Below are positions 53,955-64,000 of a stretch of 64,000 bases of DNA, in pieces. The stretch's first letter is position 1. The number at the start of each line of letters is the position of its first letter. Origin of the DNA: Octopus sinensis (Eukaryota); NCBI RefSeq assembly GCF_006345805.1, contig NC_042998.1, forward strand, positions 12,276,001 through 12,340,000. Direction: 5' to 3'. The position numbers and the translations under genes are program-made. The notes beneath the pieces were generated by a model, which saw only the letters and a program-made list of their open reading frames with translations, did not search any database and was not told the origin of the DNA.

Positions 53955-55330
53955 AACTATACATTTAGAAATAATCAATAAAATTGATTAACAATGAAAT
54001 CATAACTGACATTTATTATAAACGAACTGATTCAAAACAATATTTTCTTTTTAACTCATGCCACCCGAAACATATAAAAATAAACATCCTTTCAACTTAG
54101 CAAAAAGGATCTGCACAATAGTGGCTGATAGAACAAAACGGGACCTTTGTCTTCAAGACCTCAAAACAACATTTGTTGAAAGACAATATCCACCCTCTCT
54201 TATCGACGAGGGAATTAAACGTGCCAAACAATTAGACACAAAAACACTAAGAACAAAATACATAGCACCACACCTCAAACAAAAACATTGCTATTTATAT
54301 CAACACACAATCACAGAAACAGTGAGGCATTCAACACTATAGTGCAAACTCTTCCTTTACTAACAAGAGATCCAAAAATGAACGATATCCTAAAAACACA
54401 CAAACTCATCAAATGCAAAAAACAAGACAAATCGCTAGAGAGACTACTAACAACTGCGAAGCTTTACAAAACAACCACGAAACCAACGGTTGAAAAATGT
54501 GGACGCCCAAATTGTGGAACCTGCCCCAATCTGCTTGAAGGCTCGGATTTCCTTTTCAAACAAGGACAGAGGTTCACAATTAAAACTAGTTTCACCTGTG
54601 CCTCTGAGAACCTAATTTATGTAGTAACCTGCTCGGGTTGCGGACATCACTATATTGGACAAACAAGTATGACCTTGAGAACGAGAACCACTCTACACAA
54701 GGAGCAAATCCGATTCCCGCAATACAGACAAATTCCTCTCAGTGAACATATAGAAAAATGTGCAGGTAACATCAAACCAAATATCACAGTATTCCCTTTC
54801 TACCAGTGCAAAGACGCAATCTCTCAACTAGAACGTTTAAATAAAGAAACTATTTTCATTGAAAAATACAAAACACGTCTTAACATGCACGCATGACCAA
54901 CTTTTATCTTTTTACATATTTCAATTCATGATTACATCACTGTACATAAATCCCCTACTAAACAAGGTTTTTGAAACTTGTCTCTGTCTGTACACATATA
55001 TAATCCCCACCCATTACCGAAAGCTGAACAGTTATCTCCCTTACCCACAACAATAACAATAATAACGACAACCAATTACTTCCCTTTATTTATCTACTTG
55101 TGAAGTCATTCACTCGTGAATTTCATCACACACAACATTGACCAAATTTCTTCTTCAGAAAAAATATATATTCAAATAAGTAAAACATAATATCATGAAT
55201 AGCGATAGCGAAACCGGTTTATATATTAAAAATTATATTAAAAGTATACAAGTGTGTGTATTTTCCTTTTTTAATTTCTTATATACATTACAACTCACCA
55301 TGTGGGGATAATCGAAATTCCTCTTTTCTG
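53955..55330 (+). mobile_element. 5'-truncated Penelope-like element with GIY-YIG endonuclease
   Basis: NNEIITDIYYKRTDSKQY...SCHPKHIK, PFNLAKRICTIV, CGRPNCGTC, FTCASENLIYVVTCSGCGHHYIGQT...E...LN; two frameshifts; 3' UTR ends in (TA)n. Confidence 0.92.
55190..55224 (+). ncRNA. Minimal hammerhead-like motif in the PLE 3' repeat, A3-U8 core variant
   Basis: atatc-ATGAATA-GC-gata-GC-GAAAC-CG-GTT-t-atat; palindromic ACCGGT helix III; first helix I pair mismatched. Confidence 0.5.
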
Positions 55331-55894
55331 TTACTACTATATATATTATATATATATATATAATAAATAATAATAATAAAAGATACAATGGATCAAAATT
55401 TTATCAGTGGCCAGCCAATAGAATAGACCTTCATCAGCAAAGCATACTGAGCGAGATAAATGAGACATTTATACATACTCACAGAAAATCAAGCGCAAAG
55501 CTGCGGTTACATACAAATACTACAGATGTATACGCATCCAATTTCGTTGTTTACCTCAAAAAGTGTGAATTTGGTCAAGAAGAGTGATTAGACAAATCCA
55601 GAAATTGATCAATCCAAGGCTACATGAATTATTTTATGAATTCCTGTCAGCCTACTACCTCGTTTTCAAAATGTGTTTATTATAAAAATGATGATTTAGA
55701 GTAAGTCGACGATTTAGCGTCTATTTTCAGCGTATTGGCATGGTACCCTTGTACTCTTAGTTTTTATTGTATTTTATACAATTATAAATCTCTCTCTCTC
55801 ACTCTCTGTATATATATAAGAAATCTGTGTACAGTTAAATTTAATTCGTTGATGTACACTCTAACATAGTAATATATTCGCTATGGAAGGTGTC

Positions 55895-55943
<49 letters not shown>

Positions 55944-56105
55944 AATACTTCTTGTAGACAATGCGTGTGGAATTACGCCGTGCTTTTCTATAAAGGAGGT
56001 CTTCGCACCCTAGTGGAGCTCTGCTTAATTAATTTCTGCTTGAGAAATGGTTTACATAAAGTTGAAAATTCATTGTATGCTATTCAAATATAGGAGCAAC
56101 AGTTA

Positions 56106-56146
56106 GTAGCTGATGAGGTGTAATGACGCAGAAACACGTGTGCTAC
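56106..56146 (+). ncRNA. Decayed type I hammerhead (canonical core, G at position 17)
   Basis: GTAG-CTGATGA-g-GTGT-aatg-ACGC-a-GAAAC-ACGT-GT-g-CTAC; palindromic ACACGTGT; two substitutions from canonical. Confidence 0.55.
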
Positions 56147-56400
56147 CCGGGGATGACGTTATTCACAGCTCAGCACAGTGCATTTTCATGCACAGTATTT
56201 ATGGTGAGAATGTCACTCTCGAAACAGTTTCCGCAGAGAAGGCCTTTTTGAGTTTGAGTGTACACTAACGTATTAAATGACAATACAGAGTTATAATCAT
56301 TGCTGCTTAGTGTTCTAATTTTGAGTATGTATTATGTATGTATGTATGCCTGTATGTATGTATGTTTGTATGTTTATATGTATGTATATATGTATATATG

Positions 56401-56445
<45 letters not shown>

Positions 56446-56454
56446 ATATATATA

Positions 56455-56662
56455 AAGTTAATCCAAACAAGAAAGCACAAAAAAACACAACAACGCGAGG
56501 ACGTGGAACAAATATAGTATTATTGGACGCTCAGGAAAGAAGGAAAGAAGGAGGGTTTAACGTTTCGAGAGGAGCTCTTCGTCGGAAACATAGGAGAAGG
56601 AAAGATCCAGAGAAGGGAAGGCAGTGGAAAAAAATCGCCAACGGTACACACGAGGTCACATT
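56455..56662 (-). mobile_element. Second young copy of the 209-bp hammerhead-bearing element
   Basis: Reverse complement of 45974-46182 with few differences; motif at 56555-56589 has one helix II mismatch; TA-rich repeats on both sides. Confidence 0.85.
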
Positions 56663-57047
56663 TTGAAAAAAAAAAAGATATATATATATATATATATACA
56701 CGTCTCCGTGTATGTGTGTGTGCGTATATCTATCTACATATATATTTATATGCATATTAAACACACACAGAGTATATACGCATGTATATGTGTATATAAC
56801 CAGATGCGTTTCCTGCAGCAACGGGTGGTACCATTAAGACGATCAAAAGATATGAATATGCAGTAAGCTTACAAATGGCTGAAATGTTCGCCAAAAAATT
56901 TGAAGAAACTTACTGAATTTCAGCACTTGAATTTTGAAGACCTCTGAGAGATTCCAAAATTACCTCACTCAGGTGTCGTACACTTACGCTAGAATAACTG
57001 TAACTATCTGTACTTGGAAGGGAATTCAACAGAGAATTGATTACTAG

Positions 57048-57163
57048 CGGAGGTTAGCTACTCACGGAGAGAAAGCTGCCTTCTCGCGTGTCGGAGGCTG
57101 CCTCATCACGTGTAGGAAGCTGCATTATTACGTGTAGAAAGTTGCCTTCTCACCGGTAGAAAG
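57048..57163 (+). repeat. Old diverged 22-bp minisatellite x5
   Basis: Consensus AGAAAGCTGCCTTCTCACGTGT; units start at 57048, 57070, 57092, 57114 and 57136. Confidence 0.75.
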
Positions 57164-57399
57164 AATATCACGGTACTTTAGCAGACTTCATGAAATCTAT
57201 GAAGCATTTCAATGGGAAATGCAAATGTGTAGAACTTCAAAATTTACTATGTTTGAAAAGCTTTTCATTAGTTGTTGTTTGAGCATAGGTGTATGACGTA
57301 TCTGCTAAAAGAAAGCGGCAGTTAATGTATTTTATAAAAACACGTACTTAGGTATATGCTGCATGCATATACACATACATACACATAAATATATACGTA

Positions 57400-57422
57400 T
57401 CAATATTAAATATGTATATATA

Positions 57423-57465
<43 letters not shown>

Positions 57466-57493
57466 TAATATATATATATATATTATATATATA

Positions 57494-57542
<49 letters not shown>

Positions 57543-57797
57543 TATATTATATATATATATGCATACAAACAGATGTTTATAAATATGTGCATATATGCAT
57601 ATATATTTATGTGTGTGTGTGTATATATATATATACATATAATACACGCACACATACGCAAACATGCATCTCCAATAATGTCTCCCTATCGCTCTCTCTC
57701 TGTATACGTACACTCTGATGTTCGCATATATACGAACAGATATAGATACGCATATAAGTGAATAAATATCTATATATATATATGTATATATATACAT

Positions 57798-57876
<79 letters not shown>

Positions 57877-57877
57877 T

Positions 57878-57908
<31 letters not shown>

Positions 57909-57910
57909 AT
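57400..57910. repeat. Interrupted (TA)n-rich block
   Basis: Read directly. Confidence 0.9.
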
Positions 57911-58501
57911 ATGTATATATGTAAGTCACACACACACACGCATGCACACATAAATACATATATATGAAAGATATAAGTAAAAATTAAAAAACAGACACAC
58001 ACACTGAAAATTGTATTATCAGTGAATGAACTTTCTGACTGAGGAGTCACCAGTATTCTCATAAAAATTTGCAAGATGAAAGCGTTTTTGTGTTTATTGA
58101 TTAAGTAGATTAAGTAGATATTAAAATAACAAGTTTTACTTAAATGCAAGTTCTATTAGAAGCGAAAAACTTTTTAAAGTATGAATTCCACGAAAAAGAG
58201 ATAGACATTTACTATAACGTCATAGCATCTGCCACCATTCGAACAATTTGTTGCCAGATAACTTTTTGGCAAGTAATATTATACATGCGTTTGGAAGGTT
58301 ACATATCATCCCGGTTCCCTGATTAATAAACCCTGCTCCTTCAATTATTGTGTAGTTTCATTGACTGCCAGCGGTATTTTAGTCCCTGTTATCTCACTTT
58401 CTTGCGCGTATTTCCTAAATCTAACGTTTACGTGTATCTATTCTTTACATACAAAAAATATGTATATAGCGCCCTTAGAGAAAGTGTATATATATATTTA
58501 C

Positions 58502-58880
<379 letters not shown>

Positions 58881-59339
58881 AGTATGCGAAACCCTTAAAG
58901 CCAAGAGCCAAGAACCTTTTAACACTTCCTCGTATAGGTGAGGTAATTTAAAATCATTTTTGTCTTGACTGGTTGTGTAAATTAATAAAACATTTCCATT
59001 AGACGCTTTCATTTAAGCTTTGAAGTTAAAGCTTTTCTAAAAGTTTATTATTCTTTTCGCGTAAATTGAAGAATGATTTTATACTTAATATATATAAACC
59101 TGGTTAATCTATTTTGTATTTATTTAAAATTATAGTATTCCAACACCCTATACATTTAGCCTCATTGCTGTTTCAACATCGAATCTTAAGGAACAATTAC
59201 TACTCTATACTATTTAATTCAGATATGTTTCGTTTTGGCAGAGTTCAATTCAAATACATATTATTGTTTGTTAGTTTAGACATAGAAATCAGTTGACTCG
59301 AAAATATAAATGAATGAAATTATAATATATATGTCATAA

Positions 59340-60310
59340 GGAATTACAACCGTGCTTCGTGGTCTGCTACCAAAACAGCTCCTTTATAGGATCCAGTTAG
59401 CTTAAGACATCATCAGGAGGAACCACGTCCGGTTTCGGCCCCTACTCCTCTACCGTTTTGACGTGACGCCCTCCTTTCGGAGGTGTCTTCAGCTCTGGTG
59501 TTGGGTGCATGTCTTCTTCTTTCTTCTGTTCCTTAGCCTCTTCGATGTATCGTCAGCGAGTGTCAGCCGGTGACTGACTGACTTGTCAAACATTTTCCCT
59601 TAAATACCTGCCGCTAGGCTCCAGCAGGCAGCCCCAGCAAGTTGTCACGTGACACTGTCTCACCTTAACTGACTAGTGAAGGCGCGTAGTTTTAGCTCGC
59701 GCATTCTCTAAACGACCGTCACCTGTCAGTCAGCTAAGCTGATTCATGTCAGCTTGTCTCACCTAATGATGTTATTTCCCGCCGGCATGTTATGACTTTC
59801 AAGCCATTTTCGGTCTTCCCGCTCCAGCCATATATGGAAGCTGGCTTTTTCGACCGCCTCTCGTACTCTCCTTATTAGTTTTCACAGCTTCTTTTGAAAA
59901 GCGTTGTAATTTTCCTTTTAATGAAGCCTCTACCCCCACTGCCAGGTGATTATATTCGACATTCCATCCCTATTCTCTGCATTCTGCGATTAACTTTTCG
60001 TACCTCTTCTCCTTTCGTTCCTCTGCATTGCCGATGTTCTCTTCCCAAGGTAGCTACTCATGGGTGCTACTTTTTGTTCGGCTAGATGCGCTGAAGTTCA
60101 TCACTATGCTATACTCGCATCATTACAGAAGTTTCGGCATTTTTAGGATTTAATCCTGCAGAAAGAATACTTCCCATTGTTTTGTCATGTAACAATGTCA
60201 CGGACATTTTCATGCATACGTAACATTGATTCAAGCCAATGTTGGAAGTCTCGTTCAAGCATCTGGGTCAATTGTTCACTTGTATAATACAGCGGAGCAT
60301 TATTTTTTAA
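59340..60310 (-). mobile_element. HERO-like RLE LINE 3' end with GC-rich 3' UTR
   Basis: LPWEENIGNAEERKEKRYEKLIAECRE*GWNVEYNHLAVGV...VREAVEKASFHIWLER, matching the remembered HERO-clade endonuclease C-terminus. Confidence 0.7.
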
Positions 60311-60464
60311 AGTTATATTTCCCAACTATTTGACACACAGATATATGTTAATCATAAGTGAAAAATAACTCTATTTACGTAACTAAATGCATTAGTTCAC
60401 AACTGATACAGCAAATAAAACATATTTGCATTTAGTGATGATTATTTCTTCGTAAATTTCACTT

Positions 60465-60889
60465 ATTCTTTTACTCTTTTACTCTTTTACTTGTTTTAGT
60501 CATTTGACTGCGGCCATGCTGGAGCACCACCTTTAGTCGAGCAAATCGACTCCGGGACTTATTCTTTGTAAGCCCAGTACTTATTCTATCGGTTTCTTTT
60601 TGCCGAACAGCTAAGTGACGGGGACGTAAACACACCAGCATCGATTGTCAAGCGATGGTGGGGGGACAAACACAGACACACAAACATATACACACATACA
60701 TATATATATACATATATACATATATACGACAGACTTCTTTCAGTTTCCGTCTACCAAATCCACTCACAAGGCATTGGTCGGCCCGAGGCTATAGCAGAAG
60801 ACACTTGTCCAAGATGCCACGCAGTGGGACTGAACCCGGAACCGTGTGGTTGGTAAGCAAGCTACTTACCACACAGCCACTCCTGCGCC
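60465..60889 (-). mobile_element. Family A SINE, full length
   Basis: Complete head to tail. Confidence 0.92.
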
Positions 60890-61584
60890 TTCACGAAAGA
60901 AAATTAATTTTTAGCTTAAATTGAGGGGGATGCCTTCATTGAGAAACAGAATAATCGCTTCAAAATTTTGCAAATTGAATAAATTCATAATTTCCTTTAA
61001 TAATCTTCATATAAATCCTAAAATCACAAAAAATATGAAGTAAGATACGACCTCTTCAGTTATGACATATTCCTTTTGTTGACGAGCTCGAACTATCCAA
61101 TATACAGTATATCCGTATATCCAAGACACTTACATAGAAACATCTATTCTTAATATCATCTTACAACACCTCTCCTGCTTTAAAACTGTGTTTTAGCCTG
61201 TAGGCGTTCATTACTCTCGCATTCCCCATTATTTTTCTATCGTCTACCCAATACACCTACAATCCATTTTAGTAGTAGTTAGACACCATCATTCGTCCCT
61301 GCTAACCTTTCAAACTGCAATCTGAATTAGCTCTCAAGCGAAATACATAACGAATTGTAGCAGTTTCTTATGATTTAAAAATGTAATGCATTTTATATAT
61401 ATATATATACACACATAGATAAAAACACACACACATATGAGATCATATGAGATGTTCGCAAATGAAATCAGTTTTCCTTATGGAATAAATATTAAAATGC
61501 CTCTTTACTTATGAGATACTTATTACAATTATATGCATACATACATACATACATATATACATACATACATACATCATACATACA

Positions 61585-61615
<31 letters not shown>

Positions 61616-62786
61616 GCATATATCTACGCATACGGTTACACATGTGTGTGTATCATTCAATTATTTATGGAGATCTCTCAGATACACGCACACATCTATA
61701 ATTGATCATGTTAAGCGGAAAATAAAATTGTCTTCTTAAAAGTTTTTCAGTCATATTAAACCAAGTCTGATAATATATGGAAGCGCGTGCAAGCGCACAC
61801 GGACGCAAACTCATGACACACACACACACACACACACACACATTTGCACCACACATATATACACACATGAAAAAATGAATTAAATCAATGAAAAAGTAAG
61901 TCTCTACGTTATGACAATACCGATTTATTTCAAGGGAATAAATATATTTGGCTATAATCTGATTTATGTTGTAGAAATGGAAAGCAATTATTTTAAAGAT
62001 ATTTTTTCAATATTTTTTTATTGTCTTGGTACTTATTAGAATATATATATTTACATCTTAAAAAAAATAAATAATAAATAGTAATAACGAAAAATATATA
62101 ACGAAAACGAAAAAAAAATATAATTAACATATCCATATATTTCCATTACTTTGTCAAAATTTTTTTATTTGTGTTACTAAAAAAAAAAAATAATCAGAAT
62201 ATGAACAAAAAAAGAAAACAAATACCAAAAGTACTGTTTTATTATTTCTGTACAGTTTGAGGCATATGTTCAGCTAATACACAATAATTAACAGACTTAC
62301 TTATACAATAATTAACTGACTTATATTATATTGCCGCAGACATAAGTCGCGAACAGATATGTCGACAGAATTTTTAGAGTTACAATTAAATTAATGGCAT
62401 TTTCAATCAGGCTACTTTCACTTATTGTCGTCGTTGTTGTTGAAATTGCTTATCCCCAGGACACTTCTGACAATGCAGACCATATTACTCTCAGGCAATA
62501 CGCAACTAAAATTGCATTATACACATCACAATTACAAACACACGCACACGCGCGCGCACACATGCACACACACACACACACACGCGCACGTACACACGCA
62601 CACACACGCGCACACATATGCATGAACCCACAGGCGCACGAACACACACACATACACATGTATGTATATATATGCATGTTTTAACATATATATACGTGTA
62701 TGTATTACATGTATATATAAATGTATATGCATACACACACAAACACACACACACACACATACATACACACACATATATATATATAG

Positions 62787-62990
62787 GGAGAATTCACAAA
62801 AACAAAAAAACAAAAGACGAAGATAGATGGTGTAGAAAACAAACAGATGTATTAGTATAACGCTCGGGAATTGAAAAAGTCTTTAATGTTTCGAGCCTAC
62901 GCTCTTTCACAGAAATAAACACACAAAGAAAGAAGGAGAGAAACAAGGAGAGGAGAAAATGTGTCTAGTGGCTAAAATCTATCATTATAT
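62787..62990 (-). mobile_element. (TA)n-flanked ~200-bp element, sister subfamily of the hammerhead-bearing element
   Basis: Minus strand ttt-CTGTGAA-A-GAGC-gtag-GCTC-GAAAC-ATT-aaag at 62881-62915; TA repeats on both sides. Confidence 0.65.
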
Positions 62991-64000
62991 TATATATAAT
63001 CAGCCGAAATTGCGAGGATAATCTGGTGCTTGACTGAGGAAAGAAAACTTCGAATGACCCGTCCTTGTTGAAACCTAGCTGTCCGGATGTTTTGCGTTCT
63101 CGTCCCATTTTGTATTATATATATATATAATATGTATGTATATATCGTTATACATATATATCGTTATATCGTTATGCATACTGCCGAACATCAGCAAATC
63201 AACAACCGAGATACATATTAAGATAAGTATGTGTGTTAAATCTGTCTTTGATATGTGTTCGAACTCTTGGAGGACATGATCTTGTCTCGTCATATCATAT
63301 GGAAATTTTAACGGAAATATATGGGTTTTCATACAGAAAATGCTGTGTTAAGATTAGAAGAAATTCACAACGTGATCAATAAAATAGGCATAAAACAGGA
63401 TAGACATAAACGCTGAAGACCGTTAGGTGAAATGTGCTTGTAGTTTAGGAGGTAATTCTTGTCAGACTCAGTGTCATGCTGATTCCGTTTGACATTTACG
63501 CTAAAATTACACTTTAACTCAGGGCCTGGTAATTCATTTGCTCGAACAACAGAGTCCTTACTGTTGATCGACGGAGTTCCACTTCGAACGAGTTTCGCAT
63601 AACATACTGGGGAATTTCTTGTTGAGCAATATTCTGTGCGCAGAAATTGTTTTTCTTCCCCAAATATTTTATAATATGTATATATTACATTGTTGCAGTC
63701 TCTCTGTTATTGTTGCATGTACAAAGTTATTGTCTGTGCGGCTAGCGTAATATTCGTATGCGTCGTATGCATTCATTGGATTCTGTATAATAGACGAATC
63801 TCATATAGTCTTACAAAGTCACTGGGTACCCAACCTCACCTACAGTTCTTGGGTCAACACAAAGCAATATTGGAAGAATCCCTCCAAGATAACGCGTTGT
63901 TGGTCCAAATCAGGAACCAGAGAATTAAGGAACAACATACGCTACAGTATACCTCAGTTCTTGAGTTCATATAAACTATACGCTACCAAATATGTTTACT

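Noticed and set aside
59395-59495. CTGAAGA, CGAAAC and CTGATGA motifs in the HERO-like 3' UTR (minus strand)
   Set aside because: No NUH triplet after helix III (GAC) and helices I/II cannot be closed convincingly; not called a hammerhead.
62394-62684. ORF with a signal-peptide-like N-terminus (MAFSIRLLSLIVVVVVEIAYPQD)
   Set aside because: The hydrophobic run comes from a (GTT)n tract that, with the following bases, resembles the reverse complement of the repeat tail at ~24290-24326. There is no splice donor and the ORF runs into (CA)n.
63000-63115. TA-flanked short element with CTGAGGA...CGAAT
   Set aside because: GAAA and helix I requirements are not met; probably a repeat, but single-copy here and unclassifiable.
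63407-63447. CTGAAGA-CC-gtta-GG-T-GAAA-TGTGC motif, possibly a CpG-decayed hammerhead
   Set aside because: Needs several assumed reversions and has no second copy in the window to support them.

Overview
AT-rich eukaryotic DNA packed with repeats. The tRNA-derived SINE families and extreme microsatellite load point to an octopus/cephalopod intron or intergenic region (inference, not a database hit). I find no intact host protein-coding gene, rRNA, true tRNA or CRISPR array, and most long ORFs in the track are microsatellite or SINE read-through. Recognisable content: 13 copies of a CORE-like tRNA-SINE, 7 clear copies of a Deu/Nin-like tRNA-SINE, one intact third SINE with a 12-bp target-site duplication (TSD), and decayed LINEs of the RLE (R4/NeSL-like, HERO-like), RTE, CR1 and Tx1/L1 types. 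There is also a Ty3/gypsy relic lacking RT/RNase H, three Penelope-like element (PLE) relics and two non-autonomous Helitrons. The most unusual signal is about ten minimal type I hammerhead-ribozyme-like motifs read by eye. Six belong to a ~210-bp non-coding element family, several members of which are embedded in (TA)n. The others lie in or near PLE terminal repeats. They include core variants (U4C, U3-A8, A3-U8, extra nucleotide after A9) and palindromic helix III. In one case a neighbouring 137-bp copy starts exactly at the predicted cleavage site. All translations and folds were done by hand; ribozyme activity is untested.
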